64,000 nt of DNA, from assembly GCA_026004395.1 (NCBI GenBank), contig BPJB01000001.1, positions 455,343-519,342 of the forward strand. Reading direction: 5' to 3'. The DNA is from Patescibacteria group bacterium (lineage in GTDB: Bacteria > Patescibacteriota > Microgenomatia > Levybacterales > UBA12049). The first letter of the stretch is position 1. Each line of letters begins with the position of its first letter. Shown in pieces: positions 22,638-32,923 of the stretch. Both the position numbers and the translations under genes were made by a program. The notes below the pieces were generated by a model that saw only the letters and a program-made list of their open reading frames with translations, was not told where the DNA came from and did no database searches.

Positions 22638-25600
22638 CTAATCTTGCAAATTTTTAATATTTGAAATCTTATCAACAATAATTACAGGTCTTTCATCTTT
22701 CATATCTAACTTTCCTTCAATAAGTACGACAGTATCTTGTACAAGAAGAGACTTATACTTTTCATAAATTTTGGGGAATACCACACATTCTATAGTGATT
22801 CCTTTTTCATTCCCTAGAGAAATAAATGCCATCTCAGAGTTAGATTTTTTGGTTAAAATTTTACGGGTGACTTCTATTATCCCGCCCACTTTTACATATG
22901 TTCCTTCACGTTCTGTTTCAAGAATCTCAATCTCATGAGTGATAATATGTTTAATATAAGAAAGAGTTTCCATGTGTGGATGAGAGCTCAGATAGAATCC
23001 TAAAAATTCTTTTTCAAATGACAGCTTTTCTTCTAATGTAAAATCTTCAACATCTAAGTATGATAAATGAAATGAGCCATTGGAGTCTGTTGGATCATCT
23101 CCAAAAAGTGAACTTTGTCCATCAAGCTCTTGTTTTTTAATCTTATTTACTTTATCAACAATTTCAGGAAGGGTAATTAGAAGGCTTGCTCTATTGCCAA
23201 ATAGATCCATTGCACCAGCTTTAATCAAACTCTCAAGAGTTTTTTTGTTGACTTTACTCAGATCTACTCTCATACAAAAATCTTGAAAGCTTGTAAATGG
23301 CTTATTTTTTCTTGCATCAAGAATTGTCTCAATTGCTGCTTGTCCAACGTTTTTTATCGCTGAAAGTCCAAAGCGTATCTTTGTTTTATCCTCAATACTA
23401 AATTCACTTTCTGATTTGTTTATGTCGGGAGGAAGTACCGCAACGCCAAGCCTTTTACACTCTGCAACAGCTTGTGCAATTTTTTCATTTTTCTGAGGAC
23501 CGGATGTACCTCTTGACTCTGCTGTAAGAAGTGCTGTCATGAATTCAACAGGAAAATGCGCCTTAAGATAGGCTGTGCGAAATGCGATCATGGCATAACA
23601 TGCAGCGTGTGCTTTGTTAAATCCGTACCCTGCAAATGGAGCAATAAGATCAAATATTTCTTTAGCTTTCTTTTCTGATATCCCATTTTTGACACATCCT
23701 TTAATAAATAATTCCTCTTGTTTTTTCATCTCAGATGGTATTTTTTTACCCATCGCTTTTCTAAACTTATCAGCATCTAACCATGAATAACCAGCAAGGA
23801 TAATAGCTGTTAAGAGTACATCATCCTGAAAGGTAAGTACGCCATATGATTCTTTAAGAATACTTTCTAATTTAGGATGAGGATAGGTAATGAGAGCAGG
23901 ATTGCGTTTGCGTGCAATAAATTCAGGAATATTTTGCATGGGACCAGGGCGATAAAGAGCCACCATTGCCTGTAAATCAAAAATAGTTGTAGGTTTAAGC
24001 TCTTTAATGTATCTGCGCATTCCCGAAGACTCTAATTGAAATATACCTGTTGTTTCTCCTTGACCAAGTAGCTCATAGGTTTTTTTGTCATCAAGTGGTA
24101 CTTTATCTAAATTAAGATCAATTCCTTCATTTTGTCTAATAAATTTGAGGGATTCTTCGATAATAGTTAAGTTTCTAAGTCCAAGAAAATCCATTTTCAA
24201 AAGTCCCACTCCGTCTTCTCCCACTGTATACATATCGTATTGTGTAACAATTTTGTTGCCGTTTGTTTCTCTCTGAACTGGGGTGTACTCAGTAATATCT
24301 TTATCAGCAATTACGACACCTGCTGCATGGACTGATGCGTGTCGAGCAACACCTTCTAGTTTTTTAGCAATATCAAGGAGTCTTTTTGTTTCTGGTTCAG
24401 TATCATAGGCTCTTTTTAGTTCTGGACTTTGTTGAAGTGCCGTGTCAATAGTCATAGCATGTCCTTGCCATCCTGGTGGAATCATCTTTGCTATCCTATC
24501 AGGAAAAGCATAGGGCATTCCTAAAGCTCGTCCAGCATCTCTAACTGAACCACGCGCTTCCATCGTTCCAAAAGTAATAATTTGTGCAACTTTATCTTCC
24601 CCATATTTTCTAGTTACGTAGTCAATGACTTCTTCTCTTCGTGTATCTGCAAAGTCAAGATCAATATCTGGTGCTGATGGACGATATGGGTTAAGAAAAC
24701 GCTCAAAAGGTAGTTTGAAAAAAAATGGATCAACATCAGTTATACGCAGACAATAAGAGACCACAGATCCAGCTGCTGATCCTCTTCCTGGTCCAACAGC
24801 GATACCATGATCTTTGGCCCAGTTGACAAAATCTGCGACAATCAGAAAATACGTTTCGTACCCTTTTTTTTCTATAACAGAAAGTTCATAATCCACCCTT
24901 TTTTTGATTTCTTCTGTGATATGTGAGTAGCGTTTTTTCATGCCTTCATAAGTTAATTCACGCAAATAATCTGCAGCTTTTTTACCTTGAGGTACATCAA
25001 AAATGGGCATGTGCCATTTTCCAAGTTCTATCGTTAAATTACAACGGTTTGCAATCTTTACTGTATTTTCAATGGCTTCGGGAATATCCTTAAATAACTC
25101 ATACATTTCATGAGGAGACTTAATATAAAAATCAGGAGAGTCAATCATTGATAGTTTGCGATTTTTGTCCAAAAGAGTAGTTTGTGTTTGAATACAAAGG
25201 AGAACTTCTTGAGCTTCAGCATCCTCTTTGCGTGTGTAGTGATTATCATTGGTAGCAACAACAGGTATTCCTAATTTTTTTGATAGAAGAAGCAATTTTT
25301 TATTGGCTATTTCTTGTGGTGGTACATTAAGGTGACGCTGTAACTCAAAGTAAAAATTGCCTTGTCCAAAAATAGCATTCAGTTTTTTTGCCCGTTCTTC
25401 AGCAATTGTATCCTCTCCTTTAACCAAAGGATCAGTAACAAATCCATTAACACATGCTGAAAGACAGATGAGACCATCATGATATTTTTCAAGTAATGAA
25501 AGATCAACTCTAGGCTTATAATAATATCCTTCAAGCCATGAAATAGAAACAATCTTCATAAGGTTTTTATAACCTTTTTCATTTTCAGCAAGGAGAATTA

Positions 25601-25865
25601 GGTGATTATAATCTTTATCAACACCAGCTTCTTTATCATGGAGATTTCTTTTGGCAACATACACTTCGCATCCTATAATTGGTTTGATCCCTGATGCATG
25701 ACATTCTTGATAGAATTTAATCGCACCATATAGATTTCCATGATCAGTGATTGCCAATGCTTTCATCCCTAAAGATTTGGCATAACTGACCATATCTTTC
25801 ATTTTTTGCAGTCCATCAAGCAATGAATACTCGGAGTGATTGTGCAAGTGAACAAAATCAGTCAT
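22638..25865 (-). CDS. dnaE: DNA polymerase III alpha subunit with intact PHP domain
   Basis: FVHLHNHSEYSLLDG, ITDHG, NDNHY (PHP); GPGRGSAAGS, PDIDLDF, KMDFLGL, YGFNKAHA; OB fold. Confidence 0.98.
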   Translation of the reverse strand: MTDFVHLHNHSEYSLLDGLQKMKDMVSYAKSLGMKALAITDHGNLYGAIKFYQECHASGIKPIIGCEVYVAKRNLHDKEAGVDKDYNHLILLAENEKGYKNLMKIVSISWLEGYYYKPRVDLSLLEKYHDGLICLSACVNGFVTDPLVKGEDTIAEERAKKLNAIFGQGNFYFELQRHLNVPPQEIANKKLLLLSKKLGIPVVATNDNHYTRKEDAEAQEVLLCIQTQTTLLDKNRKLSMIDSPDFYIKSPHEMYELFKDIPEAIENTVKIANRCNLTIELGKWHMPIFDVPQGKKAADYLRELTYEGMKKRYSHITEEIKKRVDYELSVIEKKGYETYFLIVADFVNWAKDHGIAVGPGRGSAAGSVVSYCLRITDVDPFFFKLPFERFLNPYRPSAPDIDLDFADTRREEVIDYVTRKYGEDKVAQIITFGTMEARGSVRDAGRALGMPYAFPDRIAKMIPPGWQGHAMTIDTALQQSPELKRAYDTEPETKRLLDIAKKLEGVARHASVHAAGVVIADKDITEYTPVQRETNGNKIVTQYDMYTVGEDGVGLLKMDFLGLRNLTIIEESLKFIRQNEGIDLNLDKVPLDDKKTYELLGQGETTGIFQLESSGMRRYIKELKPTTIFDLQAMVALYRPGPMQNIPEFIARKRNPALITYPHPKLESILKESYGVLTFQDDVLLTAIILAGYSWLDADKFRKAMGKKIPSEMKKQEELFIKGCVKNGISEKKAKEIFDLIAPFAGYGFNKAHAACYAMIAFRTAYLKAHFPVEFMTALLTAESRGTSGPQKNEKIAQAVAECKRLGVAVLPPDINKSESEFSIEDKTKIRFGLSAIKNVGQAAIETILDARKNKPFTSFQDFCMRVDLSKVNKKTLESLIKAGAMDLFGNRASLLITLPEIVDKVNKIKKQELDGQSSLFGDDPTDSNGSFHLSYLDVEDFTLEEKLSFEKEFLGFYLSSHPHMETLSYIKHIITHEIEILETEREGTYVKVGGIIEVTRKILTKKSNSEMAFISLGNEKGITIECVVFPKIYEKYKSLLVQDTVVLIEGKLDMKDERPVIIVDKISNIKNLQD

Positions 25866-26830
25866 TATCTTGGTAATGGTTTTGATGTATCAAGAGAAGC
25901 CATTGTTTCATCATAGACTGCTACAGCATTTCTTCCTGAACTTTTGACAACATACAGTGCTTTATCAGCTTTTTTGCGTAGTTCATCTTCAGTAAGAGGA
26001 TTTCCTTGATTTAGAGCTACTCCAATACTTAAAGTTAAATGATCGCTTTCAGGATATTTATCTTTTGCTTTTAATCTCAAGCCTGTTTCTTTTGTTGTTG
26101 ATGCTACAGCTTCTTGAATTAACTTTGCTATTTTTAATGCATTATCTTGATCAGTGTCAAAAAGCACTAGTGTATATTCGTCGCCTCCACTTCGCACAAG
26201 AATATCATCTTGACGAATACTCGATTGAATTCCTTGTGCAACTGCTTTTAGTATCAAATCACCAAAAGAATGACCGTTCTCATCATTTACTTGTTTGAAT
26301 CTATCAAGATCTATCATCAAATAGGCAATATTTCTTCCTGCATTTGTTGCTTGTTCGACACGGAAAGGAAGAATTTCCTTGGCATAATTTTGATTCCTTG
26401 TTCCTGTAAGCTTATCAATATAATTACCTTTTAAGGTATTCTTTAATTCCAGTTTATCTATATACTTTTCATGAGCTACTCTTAAAGCGGCAGCCAATAG
26501 CTTTTTTTGATCACTTACCAGACTGTCTAGAGTCGCAGGTGGATTTGTGAGAGCACTTTCTATTTCCAGATCTTTAGATAATTTCTCTCCCTCCTCAAGG
26601 ACTAATTCTATAAAGAAATCATCATTAATAAGTGGATCTGGGAGTTTTTCAGCGTACCCAACAGAGTTTTGAGGATTGATAACTGCCTTAGCACGCAGTT
26701 GGAGGAGAAAATTTCGGCTTTGTTCTATTGCAAGATCGCGCTCCCGTGTTCTCTCTTCTCTTTTCAAAGATTTTGGTAGAAGATGAGAGAGTTCAGCAGT
26801 CTTAATCTGTGATGTATTACGGTCCTCCAT
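25865..26830 (-). CDS. GGDEF-domain diguanylate cyclase with unknown N-terminal region
   Basis: DKLTG, MIDLDRFKQVNDENGHSFGD, RQDD I-site, RSGGDEY, SIGVA, ADKALYVVKSSGRN. Confidence 0.92.
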   Translation of the reverse strand: MEDRNTSQIKTAELSHLLPKSLKREERTRERDLAIEQSRNFLLQLRAKAVINPQNSVGYAEKLPDPLINDDFFIELVLEEGEKLSKDLEIESALTNPPATLDSLVSDQKKLLAAALRVAHEKYIDKLELKNTLKGNYIDKLTGTRNQNYAKEILPFRVEQATNAGRNIAYLMIDLDRFKQVNDENGHSFGDLILKAVAQGIQSSIRQDDILVRSGGDEYTLVLFDTDQDNALKIAKLIQEAVASTTKETGLRLKAKDKYPESDHLTLSIGVALNQGNPLTEDELRKKADKALYVVKSSGRNAVAVYDETMASLDTSKPLPR

Positions 26831-26831
26831 A

Positions 26832-28190
26832 TTATTTTTTCAATCTTTCCTCAAGTTTTTTTCTTACTATCTGCGCATCAATTTTACGTTTAATAGCACG
26901 CATCGTCATCCCAACTAGGAACATTATGACAGATTCTTTTCCAGATTTGTAGTCTTGAACAGCTTTTGGATTTTCCATTAAGACTTTTTCTATAACTGAT
27001 TGTAACTGATCATCTGATATTGTCTCAATTTTTGTGCTCTCTTCGATCTCTGTAATTAATCTCTCAGGAGGAGTTTTTAAATAATCAATTTTTTTATTGA
27101 TAATTGCATTTCCTATTTGTTTGGGGGTTATCCCTTTTGGGTGTCCAATCTTTACAGCTTCCTCAAAATAATCAGCAAGAGCTTTTTCTCTTGTTAAGAT
27201 TTCTGCATCATAGTAGGGTATTGCAAATTGCTTGACAAATCGTGCTATTTTTTCTTCCTGTAATTCTGGCACTTGAGATTTAAGATTGCTAATTTGATTC
27301 AAAGAATATCTAATAGGAGGAATATCAGGTTCTGGAAAATAACGATAATCATTGGCTTCTTCCTTTACTCTCTGAGAAAACGTCAGTCCTTTGTCCTCGT
27401 CCCATCCTCGTGTTTCTTGTTGAGGAGTACTGCCTTTTTCAAGAATTTCTCTTTGTCTTGAGATCTCATAGTTTATAGCTTTTTCAACGAATCTAAATGA
27501 ATTTATATTTTTGACCTCTACTTTGTAAGAAGGAAAAGCATCTTGATCTATTTTTTTGAGTGAGATATTTGGTTCTAAGCGCATTTCACCTTTTTCCATA
27601 TCTGCATTAGAGACTTCAAGATAACGAACAATCTGTCTGAGTTTTTGTAAATACTCAACAACTTCTTTTGCATCAGTAAAATCTGGTTCAGTTACTATCT
27701 CAACTAGAGGCACTCCACTGCGGTTGTAGTCAATAAAAGAAACTTTTGATTTATAATTGCTATTATTAAGATTAGTATTTTTAGTTTTGAGATAACCATG
27801 TGTGAGTTTGGCAGTGTCTTCTTCCATATGAACGCGTCTTATGCGAATTTTTTTGCCATTTTTGAGGGTAATATGACCATTTGCTCCAAAAGGTAGATCA
27901 TATTGACTTATCTGAAATCCTTTTGGTAGATCAGGATAGAAATAATTTTTTCTATCAAATTTAGAAAATGTATTGATCTCACAGTTTAGTGCATGGGCAA
28001 TCATCATGCAGTATTCGATCGCAAGTTTATTGGGAACAGGTAAAGCTCCGGGAAGACCAAGACAAACAGGACAAGTTAGCGTATTCGGACTTTTACCGAA
28101 ATAATCTGTGCTACATCCGCAAAACATTTTGCTTTTTGTATTTAGTTCTACATGGACCTCAAGACCGATAACAGGTAGATATTTATTCAT
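26832..28190 (-). CDS. gatB: Asp/Glu-tRNA amidotransferase subunit B
   Basis: VIGLEVHVEL, FDRKNYFYPDLPKGFQISQ, HMEED, DYRYFPEPD; start moved to ATG 28190 overlapping the gatA stop. Confidence 0.98.
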   Translation of the reverse strand: MNKYLPVIGLEVHVELNTKSKMFCGCSTDYFGKSPNTLTCPVCLGLPGALPVPNKLAIEYCMMIAHALNCEINTFSKFDRKNYFYPDLPKGFQISQYDLPFGANGHITLKNGKKIRIRRVHMEEDTAKLTHGYLKTKNTNLNNSNYKSKVSFIDYNRSGVPLVEIVTEPDFTDAKEVVEYLQKLRQIVRYLEVSNADMEKGEMRLEPNISLKKIDQDAFPSYKVEVKNINSFRFVEKAINYEISRQREILEKGSTPQQETRGWDEDKGLTFSQRVKEEANDYRYFPEPDIPPIRYSLNQISNLKSQVPELQEEKIARFVKQFAIPYYDAEILTREKALADYFEEAVKIGHPKGITPKQIGNAIINKKIDYLKTPPERLITEIEESTKIETISDDQLQSVIEKVLMENPKAVQDYKSGKESVIMFLVGMTMRAIKRKIDAQIVRKKLEERLKK

Positions 28191-29625
28191 ATATGATTTT
28201 AGGCCTCTCTTTCCAATAGGGATTAGCTTGTTCAAAAATATATCCAACTTGATAAAGAAGGTCTTCTCTGAAATGTGGTCCAAGTATCTGAAGACCAACT
28301 GGAAGTGAATGTTTGAAACTATCTGCAGTGTTTATGAATCCAGCAGGGACTACAAGGCCGGGAACTCCGACAAGATTTGCATGTACGGTAAAAATATCTG
28401 AAAGATACATGCTAAGAGGATTTGCTGTTTTTTCTCCAAATTTCCAAGGAGGGGTGGGAGAAGCAGGAGTCATAATTACATCCACAACTTTGAACGCTTC
28501 TTCAAAATCGCGTATAAGAAGTGTTCTTACCTTCATAGCTTTTTTGTAGTATGCATCATAATATCCAGCTGAAAGGACGAATGTTCCCAGGATGATACGC
28601 CGTTTTGCTTCATCTGAAAAGTATGATCTATCTTTTCCATACCTTATCCCATCATATCTGGCAAGATTGGATGAGACTTCTGCTGTTTGAATAATATAAT
28701 ATACTTCAATAGCATAAGTTGTGTGGGGGAGTGATATCTCTATAAGTTCTGCACCTTGTTCTTGATAAAAAAGAAGAGCTTTTTCTATGCATGCTTTTAC
28801 TTTTGCATCTAGTCCTTGTATAAAATATTCTTTAGGCACGCCAATCTTAAGTCCTTTTACACCTGCTTTAAGTTTTTGCAGATAATCTGGAACTGGTACA
28901 GGAGGAGTAGTGGCATCCATTGGATCTTGACCTGCGCTTACGCTAAGATAGAGCGCATTATCTTCAACGGTTTTGGTAAAGTGGCCTATTGAGTCGAGTG
29001 AGGAAGCCATTGCAATAACACCGTACCTGCTTACTCTTCCATATGTTGGCTTTAGTCCAACGACATTGCAAAAACTTGCCGGAAGTCTTATGGAGCCTCC
29101 TGTATCAGTACCACTAGCTGCCAAAGCAAGATCAGCTGCGACTGCAACTGATGATCCACTACTTGACCCACCAGGAATATAATCAAGATGATAAGGATTT
29201 TTGGTGGGTTGGAAATCTGAGTTTTCACCGCTTGAACCATGTGCCCATGCATCAAGATTGGTTTTTCCCAAGATAATTGCTCCTGCATCTTTAAGTCGTT
29301 TTACTACAGTACCATCGTATTGAGGAATATAGTTTTCAAGGACTTTAGAAGCAGCAGTTGTGCGAATGCCGCGAGTTATGAAAAGATCTTTTAGAGCAAT
29401 AGGTATTCCTAAAAGAGGAGTAGATTCTCCTTGTACAATTCTTTTGTCTGCTGCTTTTGCAGCTTGCAGGGCTTCGTCTTCACAAACTGTTAAAAAAGCA
29501 TTAAGTTGGCTATCTAGTTTTTTAATTCTTTCAATATAAGACTTTGTTAGCTCAAATGATGAGATTTCTTTTCTATCTAACATTTCGCGTGCTTGTTTAA
29601 TTGTAAGATTTATATAACTACTCAT
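28183..29625 (-). CDS. gatA: Asp/Glu-tRNA amidotransferase subunit A
   Basis: Amidase signature PGGSSSGS and GTDTGGSIRLPA; SSNLARYDG; ATG at 29625. Confidence 0.97.
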   Translation of the reverse strand: MSSYINLTIKQAREMLDRKEISSFELTKSYIERIKKLDSQLNAFLTVCEDEALQAAKAADKRIVQGESTPLLGIPIALKDLFITRGIRTTAASKVLENYIPQYDGTVVKRLKDAGAIILGKTNLDAWAHGSSGENSDFQPTKNPYHLDYIPGGSSSGSSVAVAADLALAASGTDTGGSIRLPASFCNVVGLKPTYGRVSRYGVIAMASSLDSIGHFTKTVEDNALYLSVSAGQDPMDATTPPVPVPDYLQKLKAGVKGLKIGVPKEYFIQGLDAKVKACIEKALLFYQEQGAELIEISLPHTTYAIEVYYIIQTAEVSSNLARYDGIRYGKDRSYFSDEAKRRIILGTFVLSAGYYDAYYKKAMKVRTLLIRDFEEAFKVVDVIMTPASPTPPWKFGEKTANPLSMYLSDIFTVHANLVGVPGLVVPAGFINTADSFKHSLPVGLQILGPHFREDLLYQVGYIFEQANPYWKERPKIIYE

Positions 29626-29902
29626 TTTCAAGAATACCTTTGACTACAAATAAACCGTTGTATGTTTGTTTTGCTCCTGATAGCGCATCTTTTTGCTTAA
29701 GACATTCTTTTAGATTATCCTCTCTAAAAACATTTTCCAGTCCTGTTACTTGACTTGTTTCAGGAATATTATCAGTGTTTACTTCGTTTAGTTTTTCAAT
29801 ATATTCAATAACTGTTGAGAGTTGGGATGTAAATCGTTCTTTTTCTTCATCTGTAAGAGTTAGATTGGCTAGTTTTGCTACATGGGAAATGTTGATTTTC
29901 AT
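29618..29902 (-). CDS. gatC: Asp/Glu-tRNA amidotransferase subunit C
   Basis: HVAKLANL, NVFRED; first gene of gatCAB. Confidence 0.95.
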   Translation of the reverse strand: MKINISHVAKLANLTLTDEEKERFTSQLSTVIEYIEKLNEVNTDNIPETSQVTGLENVFREDNLKECLKQKDALSGAKQTYNGLFVVKGILENE

Positions 29903-29909
29903 GAGGGTA

Positions 29910-30671
29910 TTATACTCTAATCTTTAACTTTCTGACAATTACAGAGTGAGCTTTTATTTCTAATTCATCATCCAATTTTTGTAGATGAATGTTCTCTTGA
30001 TATTTTCTTTTTAATGCTGCTGCAAGAAGAAAATCAGCAACATGAGGATTTTTCGGTAGCATTGGACCATGAAGATAGGATCCAATAGTATTTTTATAGA
30101 TTGCTCCTTCAGAGCCATCAACACCATTGTTACCATATCCTTTCAGTACTTGTCCAAGAGATTTTACTTTTTTACCAAGATATGTTCTTCCGCCATGATT
30201 TTCAAATCCAACTATAGTTGTATTTTCTGGTAAAAATGAAGATCTAAAGACAATGTTTCCTATAAGGCGAGGTACATTAATACCGGGATTTTCTGTGTAG
30301 AGATCAAGAATACCTAATCCTTCAATAACGGTTCCATCAGCTTCTTTATAATATTTCCCCAAAAATTGATATGCTCCGCAAATATAAAGACCTGGAACAA
30401 AGTCTTCAATCATTTCTTTAAGAATCTCTGATTTTCCTTTACGAAAATCCTCTGCTACTATTTTTTGTTGTCTATCTTGAGCTCCTCCCATAAATATAAG
30501 ATCTGATTTTCTGAGTTCTTTTGAAGAAGATCCTACTGAAAGACTAATAATTTCAGTATCAATATCGCGCCATTTTGCGCGTTTTTGAAGAACAATTATG
30601 TTGCCTCGATCTCCATAAGTGCTCATAAGATCAGGATACAACCATCCAATTATAAGCTTCATTTTTTTCAT
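29910..30671 (-). CDS. gatD: Lipid II isoglutaminyl synthase glutaminase subunit GatD (CobQ-like)
   Basis: LYPDLMSTYGDRGN, GGAQD, ICGAYQ (Cys), GFENHGG, YLHGPMLPKNP; coupled to murT. Confidence 0.9.
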   Translation of the reverse strand: MKKMKLIIGWLYPDLMSTYGDRGNIIVLQKRAKWRDIDTEIISLSVGSSSKELRKSDLIFMGGAQDRQQKIVAEDFRKGKSEILKEMIEDFVPGLYICGAYQFLGKYYKEADGTVIEGLGILDLYTENPGINVPRLIGNIVFRSSFLPENTTIVGFENHGGRTYLGKKVKSLGQVLKGYGNNGVDGSEGAIYKNTIGSYLHGPMLPKNPHVADFLLAAALKRKYQENIHLQKLDDELEIKAHSVIVRKLKIRV

Positions 30672-31960
30672 AGTATTTTTCTCCCTGTTAATATTTTTCT
30701 TACTTCAAGCATAGCTGTGTAAGTAGGGAGAATAAAAAGAGTGTCATTGCTTTTTGTTGCATTAATAGCTGCAACAACAGCTTTTGGGAGATCATCAATA
30801 ACAGTAAATGTGTTTTGAGGAAAATCTGCGTACTTTATTCTCAATCCTAAATCCCACGCACGATCTCCAGAAATAAAAATGTTAGTGTGAGCATTTCTGA
30901 GAAGTTCTACATCTGTGTCCCAGATCCAAGAGATATCATTGCCATCGGCAATCCTATCATTAAGTAAAAGTAATACTACTTTAGGATTTTGATCGATTAT
31001 TGTTCTCAGTGCTTGATTAAAACCAGATGGATTTTTCGCAAGAATTATCTGAACTTTTTTGTTGTCAATAATTAACGTCTCTTGTCTGCCGAAGACAGGT
31101 TTGAATGTAGTTAGAGATTGTTGTAGCGTAGTATCTAGAACACCAAGTGTTTTGGCAACAAGTACAGCAGCATGAATATTATATTTGTTATAAAGACCAG
31201 AAAGGGGGTAGAAGGGAGCATTTCTAAAAACATGGTTGCTATGTTTATAATGACATTTAGTGCAGTTCCAAATTCCCAGATGTGAGTAAAAAACTCGAGA
31301 ATAATGAAGCTTTTCCCCGCAATTTGGACAGTAAATTGAGTCTGATGCATGTTCTACATTTTTTTCTTGTGCATCATTTGGATCTGCACCAAAAAAATAC
31401 ACTTTGTGTTGTGAATTTTTTTCAAGGTAGGCAATCTGAGGATCATCTGCGTTAAGAAAAAGATCAACTGGAGGAAGAGAATCAAGCGTTTTTTTCCATT
31501 TTAGGGCAATTGTGTTGACTTCTCCGTATCTATCGAGTTGATCACGAAAAAGATTAAGTACGACTATTGCATCAGGAGTGACCATGTTGGCGACTGTTGA
31601 AAATGCATTTTCATCTACTTCAAGAATAGCAATATCTGCTCTTATATTTCCGAAAATTGATGAATTAAGGAGAAAAACAGATGCAATACCATTGGGAAGA
31701 TTTGCTCCTGATTCATTCTGAATTACATTTTTACCTGCAGATGTGAATAGATGACGAAGAAGACTTGTGGTTGTTGTTTTTCCATTTGTTCCTATAACCA
31801 ATATCACAGTAAGATTAGATTTCTTTTTGAGATCATTTATAAATTGTGGATTAAATTTAAGAGCGATATGTCCAGGCCAAGTAGTTCCATTACCCGCATT
31901 AATCAATCTAATAAATTTTGAGATTATTTTTCCTGTTGTGATAATCAGCGAATTTAGCAT
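30668..31960 (-). CDS. murT: Lipid II isoglutaminyl synthase subunit MurT (Mur ligase family)
   Basis: GTNGKTTT, LEVDE, NLFRDQLDRYGE, CPNC..CTKC zinc finger, LAKNP, DISWIWD. Confidence 0.92.
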   Translation of the reverse strand: MLNSLIITTGKIISKFIRLINAGNGTTWPGHIALKFNPQFINDLKKKSNLTVILVIGTNGKTTTTSLLRHLFTSAGKNVIQNESGANLPNGIASVFLLNSSIFGNIRADIAILEVDENAFSTVANMVTPDAIVVLNLFRDQLDRYGEVNTIALKWKKTLDSLPPVDLFLNADDPQIAYLEKNSQHKVYFFGADPNDAQEKNVEHASDSIYCPNCGEKLHYSRVFYSHLGIWNCTKCHYKHSNHVFRNAPFYPLSGLYNKYNIHAAVLVAKTLGVLDTTLQQSLTTFKPVFGRQETLIIDNKKVQIILAKNPSGFNQALRTIIDQNPKVVLLLLNDRIADGNDISWIWDTDVELLRNAHTNIFISGDRAWDLGLRIKYADFPQNTFTVIDDLPKAVVAAINATKSNDTLFILPTYTAMLEVRKILTGRKIL

Positions 31961-32012
31961 ACAAAAGTTTTCTGATTATACCTAGATTTTGCTCATAAAT
32001 ACATTTGTTATT

Positions 32013-32903
32013 TTACATTTCTCGGAGTATTTTTATCCGTTCTTCTATTGGTGGATGTGTATTAAAAAGTGAAGAAAACCAGTGTGAAATTTCTTTATCT
32101 CTAAATGGATTTACTATAAATAAATGTGCAGTAGCATTTGTAGCGTATTTTAGAGGTCTTTTATTAGAAGCAATTTTTTCAAGAGCGTTGGCAAGACCAT
32201 CTGGATAGCGAGTTAACAGTGCTCCTGAAGCATCTGCTAAAAATTCTCTTTTACGAGATATAGCAAGCTGGAAAAGTGTAGCAATTAATGGAGAAATAAG
32301 GGCAAAAATTATTCCTATTAGTACAAATAATGCCGATCCTCCTCGATGACTTTTTTCTCCAGAATTCCAGATATGTCTTGTAAAAATGTCAGCAAGTAGA
32401 GCGACAAAACCTACAAGTACAGCAACAACTGTCATAAGTCGAATATCATAGTTTTTAATGTGTGATAATTCGTGTGCAATGACTCCCTCCAGTTCGACTT
32501 TGTTGAGTAATTGAAGTAATCCCGAAGTTACTCCTATGGTTGCATGTTGGGGGTCGCGTCCTGTTGCAAAAGCATTAGGTGAGGTATCTTCAATAATATA
32601 TATTTTAGGCATGGGAATTCCTAAACCAATTGAGAGATTTTCAACAATTCTAAAAAGTTGGGGGTTGTCAGAAAATTGAATTCTTTTTGCTTGAGTTACT
32701 CTTAATATTGCTTGATCTGAGAAATAATAGCTAAGGATACTTGATAACAAAGCAAGACAAAATGCTACTCCTGCATAAAAAAATCCAGCATTGGCAAATG
32801 CTTTTCCATAGATGAATCCTAAAGTGGAAATAAACAAAATAAATAAAATCATAATTATCCAGGTTTTTCTGACATTACTGGAGATTACAGAATAAATGTT
32901 CAT
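32013..32903 (-). CDS. htpX: M48 zinc metalloprotease HtpX
   Basis: PNAFATG, AHELSH, SRKREFLAD, THPPIEERI. Confidence 0.95.
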   Translation of the reverse strand: MNIYSVISSNVRKTWIIMILFILFISTLGFIYGKAFANAGFFYAGVAFCLALLSSILSYYFSDQAILRVTQAKRIQFSDNPQLFRIVENLSIGLGIPMPKIYIIEDTSPNAFATGRDPQHATIGVTSGLLQLLNKVELEGVIAHELSHIKNYDIRLMTVVAVLVGFVALLADIFTRHIWNSGEKSHRGGSALFVLIGIIFALISPLIATLFQLAISRKREFLADASGALLTRYPDGLANALEKIASNKRPLKYATNATAHLFIVNPFRDKEISHWFSSLFNTHPPIEERIKILREM

Positions 32904-32923
32904 AGATCAACTTTTGATAATGA

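Noticed and set aside
22638-25865. Intein or split dnaE
   Set aside because: Continuous 1075-aa ORF with no intein motifs.
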